NCBI GenBank assembly: GCA_026396275.1
Contig: JAPLXC010000007.1
Coordinates: 37,084 to 101,083, forward strand
DNA length: 64,000 nt
Reading direction: 5' to 3'
Source of the DNA: Candidatus Moraniibacteriota bacterium
GTDB lineage: Bacteria > Patescibacteriota > Minisyncoccia > Moranbacterales > JAPLXC01
The notes under the pieces were generated by a model. It made no database searches and was not told the origin of the DNA. It saw only the letters and a list, made by a program, of their open reading frames with translations. The position numbers were made by a program, and so were the translations under genes. Position 1 is the stretch's first letter. Every line of letters starts with the position of its first letter. Below are positions 9,986-19,873 of the stretch, one piece after another.

Positions 9986-10975
9986 TTAATATTTTGTATT
10001 AGCGTCAAATATAACGTCCCGCACGATTCCCGGATCGTTACTCAAGACCCCGATATCCTTTCCGTTTATTTTCAAATAGGTGTTATTGCCTTTCCCCGAG
10101 GTGATGCTTATTTTTTCATTGGCGGAAAATTTCTGAACGGCTTGAGGCAAAAGCGTTCCGCTAAAAACAACGCTTCCGTCCGCTTCCACTGAAAGCCAGG
10201 TGGAGTTGGGCTGGACCGTAATTTCTACTTCCAGCTTCTTTTCTGTCTGCGATTTATTCTCGCCTCCAGTAGCGGAATTTCCTTCAGCCGGCCCCGCGTA
10301 ATTGGCTTTCACCGAAACGGTGCGGATTGACTCCTTGCGAAATTTGTTTACTGCTTTCACGGTGATCGTGTTAATCCCTTCCTGAAGGCCTATATGTTCA
10401 TTGAATTCTCCATTTTCGCTTACCAGAACCGGCTGGTCGTTTATGAATACTTCCGCGTCCTTTTCCGCGATTCCTTTGACGTTCACAGTATCTCCTTCAA
10501 TAATCTCTCCGTCTGCCGGCTGGACGACAACCAGACGAGGAGTGGCAATGAAAGTATCCACTTCTTTGTAAAGATAGAAAATACCGACTAGTATTACCAG
10601 GATAACAAAACTTATAACCAAAATCCGCGGAGTGATGACCAAGCCGGAAATTTTTATCGGCCCAATGTATTCTTTCTTGCCATCTGTCTTTTTGATATTC
10701 TTTTGGATGCCCTCCTCACGCTCGTAGAGCTTGATTAACGCCTTTTCGCTAACTCCGGTATAAGCGGCGTAGCTTTTCAAAAAACCTTTTACGTAAACAT
10801 CGGCCGGAAGTTTTTCATACTGTCCGTTTTCCAGATATTCCAAATACTTTGCCTGAATCTTGGTATTCTTTGAAATTTCACTCAAACTCAGCCGCCTCTC
10901 ACTTCTGATTTTTTTCATTCGCTCTCCTAAAGTCAGAGAGTCAATCTTTTTTCTAGTAAAGTCACGACGAGCCAT
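9986..10975 (-). CDS. RodZ-like protein (HTH, TM, Ig-like, DUF4115-like C-terminus)
   Basis: LGERMKKIR..., LPADVYVKGFLKSYA HTH_25 motif; single TM; downstream of ftsK. Confidence 0.85.
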   Translation of the reverse strand: MARRDFTRKKIDSLTLGERMKKIRSERRLSLSEISKNTKIQAKYLEYLENGQYEKLPADVYVKGFLKSYAAYTGVSEKALIKLYEREEGIQKNIKKTDGKKEYIGPIKISGLVITPRILVISFVILVILVGIFYLYKEVDTFIATPRLVVVQPADGEIIEGDTVNVKGIAEKDAEVFINDQPVLVSENGEFNEHIGLQEGINTITVKAVNKFRKESIRTVSVKANYAGPAEGNSATGGENKSQTEKKLEVEITVQPNSTWLSVEADGSVVFSGTLLPQAVQKFSANEKISITSGKGNNTYLKINGKDIGVLSNDPGIVRDVIFDANTKY

Positions 10976-11014
10976 AAAAAAACTTAAAAACGCAAAAATT
11001 AAACCTTAAATTTT

Positions 11015-13324
11015 CTACATTTGCCACCTATTCTGTTCTTCCTCGTTCTCTAAAGAAATGGGATTGTCATGTCCTTCCTTTTTCGCTAAAACTTCCCGCG
11101 GCTTGGCTCCTTCTCCCGATCCCACTACTCCCCGCTCTTCCAGCACATCAATGAGGCGCGCCGCCCGGGCGTAACCGATGCGCAGCCGCCGCTGGAGAAG
11201 AGAGGAGGAGGCCTTCCCAGCTTCAATTACAACGCGTTTGGCTTCTTCATAGAGGTTGTCTTCATAAAGATCACTTGCCGCAACAGTACTAAAGTCAACT
11301 TTCCCGTTTTCCAGAAGGCCTGAATTTTCTTCGCCTGCCTGCCGGCCAGGCAAGCTTTCCAGTTCTTCTTCCTTTATCTCCCACTTTTGACTTTTAATAA
11401 AATTCACCACTTTTTTCACTTCCGCTTCAGACACAAAAACGCCTTGAATGCGGCGCAGTTTGGCGGACTGCGAAGAAAGATAGAGCATGTCGCCATTGCC
11501 CAGCAATTTATCGGCGCCGCCAACATCCAGGATTGTTCGCGAGTCAACTTGAGTGGCTACTTTAAAAGCAATTCGGGTGGTAATATTGGCTTTAATAAGC
11601 CCGGTCAATACTTCCACGCTGGGGCGCTGGGTGGAAACCACCAAATGAATCCCTACCGCCCGCGCCATCTGGGCCAGACGAATAATGGCTCCTTCCACTT
11701 CTTTGCCGTGTGAGGCCATCAAATCCGCTAACTCATCAATAACAATGATAATATAAGGCAGTTTTTCCAATTTTTCTTCGCGGACTTCCTTTGTTTCAGA
11801 ATCAGTGTAAATTATTTTTTGGCCGGATTGGATTTTTTGATTGTAGGAAAGAATATCTTTCGAGCCCGTGTCCTGAAGCAGATGATAGCGATGCTCCATT
11901 TCTCCAATCGCCCATTTGAAGGCACCCAGCACTTTTTTGCTTTCCACGATAACATCGGAAAGAAGATGAGGAATGTCGTTATACAAAGAAAGCTCCACCC
12001 GCTTAGGATCAACCATAATCAGCCGAAGATCATCAGGAGAATTTTGATAAAGAAAAGAAAGGAGAATGGAGTTGATGCACAAACTCTTTCCGGAGCCGGT
12101 GGATCCGGCAATAAGAAGATGCGGCATTCTGTGCAGGTCGGAAAAAATATGGCTGCCACTCACATCTTTCCCCAGAGCAATTGTCAAGTTGGATTTTCGG
12201 GACTTAAAAGCATCGCTTTGAAGAAAATCCTTAAGCCGGACCAAAGCCGGCTGTTTATTGGGAACTTCAATTCCAACAAGTGACTTTCCGGGAATGGGCG
12301 CTTCGATGCGGATAGGATGGGCTGCTAGCGCTAGAGACAGATTATTGCTAAGTGCGGTGATTTTGCTCAATTTTATTCCCACCGCCGGACGAAAACTGTA
12401 CTGGGTGACTGTCGGTCCCACTTGAATGTCGCCCAGTTCCACCTCAATGCCAAAGTGTTTAAGCGTATCCTCGATAATCTGAGCGCGTCTTTTAACATCT
12501 CCGCCGTAGGCCTTGCCTGACTCCGGCTCCAGCAAATCCAGGGGTGGAAACTGCCAGGATCGTTTGTGAGAAGTCGGCTCTTCCATTTTTTTATCGCGGG
12601 AAAGCCAGGGAATTGATTTAATTGAAAACTGGGGTTCAACTTTTTCTTCTTCTTTAATTCCTTCACTCTTGGCTTCTTTTTTCTCTTCTTCCGGACTATC
12701 CACAAATTCTATTCCGGAATCGGCCGCTGGTTGTGAGCTGATGACTTCTTCTTCCTTAATTGTCTTTTCTCTTTTCCAGAAAGCTGACATTCCCCGGAAA
12801 AAACCGGCAATTGAGACATTAAAAGCGATAATAATTCCAATTAGAAAAAGGGCTGCTAAGACAACTGTTCCTGCCGTTACTTCAGAAACTTTAAGCAAAA
12901 GATAGGCCAGGCCGAAACCGACATATCCTCCGCCTTCTCCGTTTTGAGCAAATTTTGCCAATTTTTCCGGATCAAGAAAAAGGTGGAAAAAACCCAGCAA
13001 GGCCAGGAAGGCCACTGCCAATCCCACTAGCTTAGTGACATAAAAGAGTGTTTCTTTGCGAAAAAGGAGAATTATTCCCGCAACAATTAAAACTAAAGGA
13101 GAAAGCCATTTGCCCCAGCCGAAAAGAAGACTGACCATCTTATCAAGGTATTTCCCCAAGGCACCGGCGCTTTCAAAAAAACCCAGGACGAAAATTATCG
13201 CCAGGGCAAACAAAAAAATCGCCACTGCACTGCGCTTGGCATCGCCATGGACATTGCCTTTTTTAGCGTCATCGGACTCCTCTTTGTCCCGTTCTTTCCT
13301 TTCTTTATTCTTTTTTCTTGCCAT
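11015..13324 (-). CDS. ftsK: DNA translocase FtsK/SpoIIIE
   Basis: N-terminal 4TM region, PHLLIAGSTGSGKS, IDELADLM, gamma domain LQRRLRIGYARAARL. Confidence 0.97.
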   Translation of the reverse strand: MARKKNKERKERDKEESDDAKKGNVHGDAKRSAVAIFLFALAIIFVLGFFESAGALGKYLDKMVSLLFGWGKWLSPLVLIVAGIILLFRKETLFYVTKLVGLAVAFLALLGFFHLFLDPEKLAKFAQNGEGGGYVGFGLAYLLLKVSEVTAGTVVLAALFLIGIIIAFNVSIAGFFRGMSAFWKREKTIKEEEVISSQPAADSGIEFVDSPEEEKKEAKSEGIKEEEKVEPQFSIKSIPWLSRDKKMEEPTSHKRSWQFPPLDLLEPESGKAYGGDVKRRAQIIEDTLKHFGIEVELGDIQVGPTVTQYSFRPAVGIKLSKITALSNNLSLALAAHPIRIEAPIPGKSLVGIEVPNKQPALVRLKDFLQSDAFKSRKSNLTIALGKDVSGSHIFSDLHRMPHLLIAGSTGSGKSLCINSILLSFLYQNSPDDLRLIMVDPKRVELSLYNDIPHLLSDVIVESKKVLGAFKWAIGEMEHRYHLLQDTGSKDILSYNQKIQSGQKIIYTDSETKEVREEKLEKLPYIIIVIDELADLMASHGKEVEGAIIRLAQMARAVGIHLVVSTQRPSVEVLTGLIKANITTRIAFKVATQVDSRTILDVGGADKLLGNGDMLYLSSQSAKLRRIQGVFVSEAEVKKVVNFIKSQKWEIKEEELESLPGRQAGEENSGLLENGKVDFSTVAASDLYEDNLYEEAKRVVIEAGKASSSLLQRRLRIGYARAARLIDVLEERGVVGSGEGAKPREVLAKKEGHDNPISLENEEEQNRWQM

Positions 13325-13373
13325 ATCGTCTTCATTCTAGCATATAATTTTTAATTTATCCAACTAAAAAGTA

Positions 13374-13398
13374 AAAAGGGCGACATTTTTTGCCGCCC
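13374..13398 (-). terminator. Terminator of orphan gene 13409-13771
   Basis: GGGCGGCA...TGTCGCCC-TTTTT on minus strand. Confidence 0.7.
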
Positions 13399-13408
13399 GG
13401 AAATTAAC

Positions 13409-13771
13409 TTAATCGGTCTTTATTTTTCCCTTTTCTTTTCTTTGCTCTTTTAATTTTTCCACTTTTTTAAGAGCTTCTTTCTCCTTTTCGGTAGTTTTTT
13501 CCCTTTTTATTACTCTGATTTCTCGAACGCTTCCTTTTTCATCCTTCCCGAATAACCTGAATCTAAGTCGAAGATATTTTTTACTTCCTTTCAGAAGCAT
13601 AACGAGATTTTCGTCAATTACCAGCACTCTGTGAATTTTCGTAAAGCCATAAGATACTCCCAGAACAGTGGTTATTACCAGACCAGTTTCAGTTATCACA
13701 TCAGTGATGGTTTTGTTAGTATTGCTGTCTAAGGGCTCAACGTAGTATTCCTTATAAATTTTTCCTGCCAT
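13409..13771 (-). CDS. Orphan hypothetical protein
   Basis: 120-aa ORF, GAGGAGG SD, TTGACA-17-TAAAAC promoter, own terminator. Confidence 0.75.
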   Translation of the reverse strand: MAGKIYKEYYVEPLDSNTNKTITDVITETGLVITTVLGVSYGFTKIHRVLVIDENLVMLLKGSKKYLRLRFRLFGKDEKGSVREIRVIKREKTTEKEKEALKKVEKLKEQRKEKGKIKTD

Positions 13772-13892
13772 TTCAAACCTCGCCTCCTCTATTTTTTAAT
13801 AGTTTTTACAAAGAACGAAACATTATCTTGTTTTAGCACCTCGTAGCCGTTATGTCAACTGCATGGCGGAAGAATTCCAAATATTGCTAATG

Positions 13893-14162
13893 TCATTCCA
13901 TTGCAAAGCCGTCAAATTCTTTCGTGTCCGGCTGGTATTCAAAATCAACTTTTTCCACCCGGGCGAGCGGCGGCCCTTTCCGGCACCACTCCAAGAATTT
14001 CTCAAGTTTAACCTTGCCGCCCTCGGCTTCAATATAGACCGTGCCGTCCGGCTCATTGCGGGCAAAACCGCTGATTCCCAGTTCTTCCGCTTTTTCTCTG
14101 GCTGAATGGCGAAAAAATACCCCCTGCACCCGCCCGTAGATTTTAATCCTCAAATGCCACAT
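13893..14162 (-). CDS. acyP: Acylphosphatase
   Basis: GRVQGVFFR, GFARNEPDGTV, KGPPLARV motifs. Confidence 0.95.
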   Translation of the reverse strand: MWHLRIKIYGRVQGVFFRHSAREKAEELGISGFARNEPDGTVYIEAEGGKVKLEKFLEWCRKGPPLARVEKVDFEYQPDTKEFDGFAME

Positions 14163-14249
14163 AACAGTCCGGTATAATTCTTAGCTCCTTTATCTTTGTA
14201 ACACTATACAGCCGTAAACAAAAACCGGTTCAGGAAAGAGCTGGATAAA

Positions 14250-14903
14250 TTATTTTTGACTTTTAATCTTCTTCTGAAACGCGCGGTAGAGAAAGTAAGA
14301 ACCAGCTGTTCCCAAAAGCAGGACGCCGGCGAAAAGAAATATACTCTCGCTAATTAGTATATAACTTGAATAAATAACAAAAATAGCAAACGGCAGTTCA
14401 GCCAAAATCGTAGCCAGCAAGTATTTTTCGAAATCATAGCGGATGATGCCCAAAGTGTAGCTGGCTACTTCAGAAGGAACTGCCAGACGAAAGAAGAAAA
14501 CCAGCCAAAACTGGGATCGCGGAGATATCCGCTCTTTATAGTATTCTATTTTTTCAAAGGAAACGAAGCGCTCGATTAGTTTCTCCCGCGAGTAAGAGCC
14601 GACCAGATAGGCAACGATGCCCCCGATGATCCAGCCGGTAAAAAGAAGCAGGAATGTCAGAAAGTTTCCCCACGCCAGAACGGCTGAAGGAACAAGCGGA
14701 ACACTGCTGAAGGGCGAGAGCAAGACGGAGAAAGCGGAAATCCCGATAAATAAAATTCCTCCGAAGAACTTGTTTTCTTTAAGATAGTCGCCAAGATATC
14801 CTATTGAACTTAAAACGACATTATAAAGATATGAGGAACAAAATATAATCAGAGCCAGGGCGGCCAAAACGGACAGGATTAAAAAAATTTTCTTGCTGTT
14901 CAT
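14250..14903 (-). CDS. DedA/VTT (TVP38-like) membrane protein
   Basis: Multi-TM; FFRLAVPSEVASYTLG motif. Confidence 0.85.
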   Translation of the reverse strand: MNSKKIFLILSVLAALALIIFCSSYLYNVVLSSIGYLGDYLKENKFFGGILFIGISAFSVLLSPFSSVPLVPSAVLAWGNFLTFLLLFTGWIIGGIVAYLVGSYSREKLIERFVSFEKIEYYKERISPRSQFWLVFFFRLAVPSEVASYTLGIIRYDFEKYLLATILAELPFAIFVIYSSYILISESIFLFAGVLLLGTAGSYFLYRAFQKKIKSQK

Positions 14904-15019
14904 ATTTGCATTATAACACTAAAAATACTTGTCCGCCCTCTACTCAAAGAGGATAAATTAGGCGGAAAACCCAGCCCCGGAGAAGCTGGAAAACATCACA
15001 TTAATTTACCCACGCACCA

Positions 15020-15141
15020 GAAAGCCCCGGACGTCAGTCCAGGGATGAATGACAAAAGCCCGAAAGGCTTTCGGTACGGGGTTCCGCTCCACGGAACTCC
15101 GAACAGAAAGAAACCACGGGCGTAAGCCCGTGGAGCTTCAC
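15020..15141 (+). mobile_element. Non-autonomous IS200/IS605-like miniature element (end hairpins, no tnpA/tnpB)
   Basis: AAAGCCCCGGACGTCAGTCCAGGGATGAATG hairpin and CCACGGGCGTAAGCCCGTGG-AGCTTCAC hairpin ending in TCAC, resembling IS605-family ends. Confidence 0.6.
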
Positions 15142-15226
15142 TTGACGAATTAATGACAAAGTACTATGCTACGCTCATAAACTTGAGCAGTTTCTTAATT
15201 AAAAGAACTCAAAGAGGAGGTAAAAA

Positions 15227-15460
15227 ATGGGATCCGGTCCGGAAAGACATCACAAAATTGATCTCATAGAAGATCTGGAAAAAGTTTACAAAGAGAAAGG
15301 AAGAATTCCGAGAGCTACCGACCTTATGGAAGCTCATCAAAAAGGAAAGTGTGTTTCTTACACCGTGTATTGCCGCAGGTTCGGAAACTTTAAAAATGCC
15401 ATTAGACAATTGGAGAAAAAACTGGGAAGAAACCCTTCCGATCAAGCAAAACTGTTTTAA
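15227..15460 (+). CDS. Stand-alone homing-endonuclease-associated repeat protein
   Basis: LIEDLEKVYKEKGRIP..DL...YTVYCRRFGNFKNA pattern; GAGGAGG SD. Confidence 0.7.
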   Translation: MGSGPERHHKIDLIEDLEKVYKEKGRIPRATDLMEAHQKGKCVSYTVYCRRFGNFKNAIRQLEKKLGRNPSDQAKLF

Positions 15461-15476
15461 ACGCACTCAAAAAGTA

Positions 15477-15514
15477 AGATCCCGTCTTAACACAAGGCGG
15501 GATTTCTTTTTTTT
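15477..15514 (+). terminator. Terminator
   Basis: ATCCCGTCTT..AAGGCGGGAT hairpin followed by a T-run. Confidence 0.75.
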
Positions 15515-15521
15515 GTGAACT

Positions 15522-16181
15522 TTACCTTAAACCAAAAACTTTCTCAAAATCCAGCCACTGGGAAAGCTCCCTTTCATTTTGAACGTAACCCCGAAAATCT
15601 GTTTTTCCGCCTTTGTGAATTCCCAGATGCAGGTGTTTTCTCTCCCCGCTGGTTTCCCGGCTGAAGGGCTCACCCAGAATTGCAATTAGTTCTCCTTTTT
15701 TAACTGGCGCATTAATTTGAGCCGGTGATTTTTGGAGGGAAAGATGACCATAAAGCACTGTTACTGCTTCATTATTTATCGCGCAGGATTCGATTATCAC
15801 GCCCCCATAACCATTTACTTGCCCTTTAAAAATCACTTTCCCGTCGCAAATGGCAAAAACCGGGACATCCTGATTTTCTTCTCCGGCAAATATTTCAAAA
15901 TCCGTCCCGGTGTGAAATCCGGTAAACTTTTCCGGCTGAACCGGAGAATTTTGCGGCGTGACATAAATCCCAAACGGTTTTTTTGTAATTCTTTCCCTAG
16001 CTTTTACTAATGGAATATCCAGTGAAGGAATTTCTTGGCTGGGAGTACTAATTCCGCCCGCGGCCGGACTCGGTCCGGAGGATGGCTCGTTTTTTGAAAT
16101 TTTTTTATTGGCGGAAAAGAAGGAAAAGGCAACCGTCGCCGCCAGCAGGAATATGATGCCGATTGCTAAGTACTTTTTCAT
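15522..16181 (-). CDS. M23 family metallopeptidase, membrane-anchored
   Basis: HTGTD, YGHL and HLH motifs. Confidence 0.88.
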   Translation of the reverse strand: MKKYLAIGIIFLLAATVAFSFFSANKKISKNEPSSGPSPAAGGISTPSQEIPSLDIPLVKARERITKKPFGIYVTPQNSPVQPEKFTGFHTGTDFEIFAGEENQDVPVFAICDGKVIFKGQVNGYGGVIIESCAINNEAVTVLYGHLSLQKSPAQINAPVKKGELIAILGEPFSRETSGERKHLHLGIHKGGKTDFRGYVQNERELSQWLDFEKVFGLR

Positions 16182-16290
16182 TTTCTTGCGAACTTTATGA
16201 AATTTTAGGCATTTCTATCCTATGCTAAAAACCAACTGCGGTCAAAAGAAAAACGGGCAAGGAGTGTAATCCTGCCCGTCAAGGTGAGTG

Positions 16291-16524
16291 CTAGTTTCTC
16301 CCGATGACTAACCTGTATTGTCGTTTGCGGGAGATGTCCTCTTTTTTAAGAAATTTGCTAATTTCTTCATCTTTGATACTGCTGGTCTCGGATATAACGA
16401 ATCCGTTTCGCTTGAGCCCTTTCCGATAACCGGCAGTTCTTTTGGCTTCAATTAGGGAAAAATAGGCTTTCCCTTCTCGGCTAAATATGAACCCGACGTA
16501 ATTTAATGCAACTGATTGTTCCAT
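16291..16524 (-). CDS. Orphan hypothetical protein
   Basis: AAGGAGGAG SD, TTGACA-16-TATAAT promoter, terminator at 16249-16279. Confidence 0.75.
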   Translation of the reverse strand: MEQSVALNYVGFIFSREGKAYFSLIEAKRTAGYRKGLKRNGFVISETSSIKDEEISKFLKKEDISRKRQYRLVIGRN

Positions 16525-16631
16525 CTACTCCTCCTTTTTTCGTTAACAAAAGAGCAAATCAAATAATTATACAAAAATCGCGTTTATTGTCAAGATCATA
16601 AGCCCCTACTTGATTTTTTTGCGGAATTTAT

Positions 16632-17258
16632 TTACTGCGTCTTCTTGAACGTAGCCAGAATCTCATCGCAAACGTCGCACTGGTTGGTAAAAATTATTCG
16701 GCATCCTTCATTGCCCTTGGTGATGTAATAAGTGAATATCTTTACGCTTGAATCCCCTGGGGTCTGGTCTTCCGAGAATTTTATTGCCTCCATTCCGTTA
16801 ACTGTCAGTTTTTCATTACTTTTTCCTTCCTGAAGCATAAACTTAACTTCTCCAATGCTATCAAGGTTTCCTTCATAAAGGCAAGTGACGTCAAAGCCAT
16901 ATACTCCCGGCTTCATTTGGTTTTGCGCATATTCCAGTTTCTTGCTTGAGTAATTGTTGAGCGTCACATTGGCCGGCGGTGGAGGACAGCAGCCGTCCTT
17001 GAGGAAGTACCAGTTTTTGGGATATTTTATTTCATAGTTATAACTTTCATTTTTGTAGGTTTGCCAATCCGTATAAAGATCGGCTTGACCTTCTTCAACA
17101 GCTTGATTATCAGACACTTGATCGGCAGCCGGCTGACCAGAAATTTTTGCTCCGTTTTGATTTTGCGTTTGGGTATTTTTCGCGTTTTTGCAACCGGCTA
17201 AAATAAATACAAAACCGACCAGCAAAATAAACATCGGTAAAAATTTAAATTTTTTCAT
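16632..17258 (-). CDS. Lipoprotein, PsbP-like domain
   Basis: LAGC lipobox; WQTYKNESYNYEIKYPKNW motif. Confidence 0.75.
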   Translation of the reverse strand: MKKFKFLPMFILLVGFVFILAGCKNAKNTQTQNQNGAKISGQPAADQVSDNQAVEEGQADLYTDWQTYKNESYNYEIKYPKNWYFLKDGCCPPPPANVTLNNYSSKKLEYAQNQMKPGVYGFDVTCLYEGNLDSIGEVKFMLQEGKSNEKLTVNGMEAIKFSEDQTPGDSSVKIFTYYITKGNEGCRIIFTNQCDVCDEILATFKKTQ

Positions 17259-17505
17259 TTAAGTTTTATTATTATAATTACGCTTTTATTCTACCACAAA
17301 AATCATACAACATTCCAACATTCTGCAGAAAATGAGAATGTTTTTAGTATTGCTTGATGACTGCTATAAATTGCGTACGCAATCCATAGCAACTGTTAGG
17401 TTTGATGGCCGAAGCGAGAACGGTTCTCGAGTGATCTCTTTATAGCATTAAAAACAGGAGTTAGTCAGCGACTAGCTCCTGTCGAATTCATTTGGTGTTA
17501 ATATT

Positions 17506-17892
17506 TCACCAAACAACCGCCCATAATTCTCCGTCCGTAGAGAAAATGAATTGGTTATATTCTGGCTCTGTTTTTAAGAGGACTCTTTCTAACCAAGGAG
17601 TTTTACATGTTTGTGAAACTTGCTTGATTAAGCTATGCGCTTTTTTATGGTTCGTGCGAAGCGCATGTAGTCTCAAATCGAAACCCAAAGATCCGTCTTT
17701 CATGCGATAGGCTCCACTAGTGCCGAAAAAACCAACATTTGGAATGCCATCGCTCAAGCGCTGTAAAAAAATCCTGACAGCCTCAATATGCTGTGCTGGT
17801 ACTTTCCCTATAAAATTATAGGGCTTTTCATAGTGAAAGAAACGAGTTTTTCTTTTTTTCATCCGTACTCTTTCTATCTTTTTTTTCGGCAT
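17506..17892 (-). CDS. Orphan hypothetical protein
   Basis: Start reassigned to MPKKK at 17892 (AAGGAGGT SD); terminator at 17451-17482. Confidence 0.7.
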   Translation of the reverse strand: MPKKKIERVRMKKRKTRFFHYEKPYNFIGKVPAQHIEAVRIFLQRLSDGIPNVGFFGTSGAYRMKDGSLGFDLRLHALRTNHKKAHSLIKQVSQTCKTPWLERVLLKTEPEYNQFIFSTDGELWAVVW

Positions 17893-17906
17893 TCTTACCT
17901 CCTTTT

Positions 17907-18059
17907 TTAACATTCTCCGACCAGTTCTTTTAGAACTTGCGTATAAACTTCCAGCCATTTTTCATTAAAATTACCCCCTGTTTCCTTATAATATTCTTCG
18001 GCTTCTCGGTCTGCAATATGTGCGGCTCTTTCAACTATATTATGTGTGTGATGTTTCAC
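17907..18059 (-). CDS. Orphan 50-aa protein
   Basis: GTG start at 18059 after AAGGAGGG SD; TTGACA-17-TATGTT promoter. Confidence 0.65.
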   Translation of the reverse strand: MKHHTHNIVERAAHIADREAEEYYKETGGNFNEKWLEVYTQVLKELVGEC

Positions 18060-18183
18060 TAATTCCCTCCTTCTTTTTTTAATGTTCTGAATAAAATAAC
18101 ATAGCATGAAGCTATGCTATTGTCAATATCTTGCTTAGAGAGATTATCGAGGTTCAACCTCGATAGGAAATACTCTGAAGGGC

Positions 18184-18645
18184 TTATTCCCCTCTTTTGT
18201 ATTTGAAAGAAATATTCGGATAAACTTTAATTAATTTATCAAGAGAATCAGCATCTCCCAATATTCTCAGAACTTCCCCAAATATGTGCTGGTCGCTCAT
18301 TTGACTGTGATGGTATTCCACATCTTCAGGCTTGGCATCGTTACGCAGTGTTATATACAATACGATCTTTGGATCGAGGACATCTTTTGAATCATTTAAT
18401 TTAATCTCTGCGTATCTTGCTATTCCTAATGCCTGTTGTATAGAACTGCTTACTTGCAGATTCTCTCTGTCGAGGGTGCGTGTTTTATTCATCCCATCAA
18501 GGACACTCTGATAATCTTTTTTATTGATAATCCCGCCTAATTCCAAATAGCGTTGATAACTATTTTCGAGGATATCTGCATTTCTTTCTCTTCCTTCGAT
18601 ATCTTGTGTAGCCACGACTTTATTTTCAATAGATTCTCTGCTCAT
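18184..18645 (-). CDS. Hypothetical protein
   Basis: 153-aa ORF. Confidence 0.7.
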   Translation of the reverse strand: MSRESIENKVVATQDIEGRERNADILENSYQRYLELGGIINKKDYQSVLDGMNKTRTLDRENLQVSSSIQQALGIARYAEIKLNDSKDVLDPKIVLYITLRNDAKPEDVEYHHSQMSDQHIFGEVLRILGDADSLDKLIKVYPNISFKYKRGE

Positions 18646-18841
18646 ACTTATTTTTTTATAAATAAAAAATAACTTATATATATATTATCACAACCGTTTA
18701 GTGATTATTACTCATCTGCTCCGAACGCTGAACGCCTGTCCGCCTTTGGCGGAAAATCTTTACCCCTTAGTGCCCCGCCACAGCGGGACTACTACTGGGG
18801 TTTCCACCGCCGCCGAATTCCTGCCTGCCGGCAGGCAGGTT

Positions 18842-19423
18842 TTACCCCAAAACAACTTTCAACAGTTCCGGAAATTCTTCTGTTCCCATATCACCCAATG
18901 TATAATGCCCCTTACTCTTAAGCTCAATTATTTTGCCATCTAAAACCTTATGGTAAATTTGAAGGCTTTTTTTGCCATCCTCTTCCTCGTCATCAGCGGT
19001 AAACATGATAATCTCTCCAATCCTATCTTTAATTTTCTCGTCTATTGGATAGACATAGAAAGCTTCCCTAAATTTATCGCCCGCGTCAGGAATTTTCCAG
19101 GGAGCTACCAGTATTAATTTTCTTATTTTCTGTCTTGTTTCACCCAGCCAGCGCACCAAAAAAGCACATCCGCAACTATGTCCAATTAAAATCGTATTTT
19201 CCGTAACTTCATATTTTTCAAATTCTTTTTTGAATTTTTCATAATCCGGCGCCCAGGGTTCAGGCAAAAGCGGAGTTTCTGTCTTTATTCCTTTGGCAAT
19301 TAATTTTTCCTTAATCCACGGAATCCAATGTTTGTCATATGTCCGCGTCTGCGGATCCATTGCTTTCTCTTTGTCCGAGGGACACCCATGAATTATTATG
19401 CAATTTATTTGTGACTGATCCAT
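18842..19423 (-). CDS. RBBP9/YdeN family alpha/beta hydrolase
   Basis: IIHG, GHSCG nucleophile, LILVAP, catalytic GH. Confidence 0.9.
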   Translation of the reverse strand: MDQSQINCIIIHGCPSDKEKAMDPQTRTYDKHWIPWIKEKLIAKGIKTETPLLPEPWAPDYEKFKKEFEKYEVTENTILIGHSCGCAFLVRWLGETRQKIRKLILVAPWKIPDAGDKFREAFYVYPIDEKIKDRIGEIIMFTADDEEEDGKKSLQIYHKVLDGKIIELKSKGHYTLGDMGTEEFPELLKVVLG

Positions 19424-19506
19424 ATAATAAAGTTGAGGTAAGCTTGTCCCGTGATCCGCCGCGGATTTTACGGGGTAATTAATTACGTAATTCTGAATAT
19501 TACACT

Positions 19507-19534
19507 ATCCTTAAATTCTCAAGTATTTAAGGAT
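19507..19534. repeat. 28-bp palindrome, copy 1
   Basis: ATCCTTAAATTCTCAAGTATTTAAGGAT. Confidence 0.9.
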
Positions 19535-19538
19535 GGTG

Positions 19539-19823
19539 TTATTCTGTCTGGAATGTTTTTAAGAATCGGACGAACATTTTACCATAAGGCGACAGGGCGT
19601 GCTCCACAAAATTGCCGCGATATTTTTTGTTAATAAGCCCCGCCTGATAAAGTCTTCTGGTATGCTCGCTGATTGTTTTCTCATTGGCTTTCAGTTTTTT
19701 AACTATATTATCAAGTGTAATGTCTTTTTGTTCATCTATTAGTAGCAATATATCAATGCGGTGATGGTTGGCCATTCCTTTCAAGTGCCGCTCCATTTGT
19801 TTTGCCGTTTTGATTTTCCTCAT
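19539..19823 (-). CDS. ArsR-like winged-helix protein
   Basis: KGMANHHRIDIL, TISEHTRRLYQAGLI; start reassigned to MRKIK. Confidence 0.85.
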   Translation of the reverse strand: MRKIKTAKQMERHLKGMANHHRIDILLLIDEQKDITLDNIVKKLKANEKTISEHTRRLYQAGLINKKYRGNFVEHALSPYGKMFVRFLKTFQTE

Positions 19824-19842
19824 ATTAACATTATACACAACC

Positions 19843-19870
19843 ATCCTTAAATTCTCAAGTATTTAAGGAT
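19843..19870. repeat. 28-bp palindrome, copy 2 (identical, same orientation)
   Basis: ATCCTTAAATTCTCAAGTATTTAAGGAT. Confidence 0.9.
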
Positions 19871-19873
19871 AGT

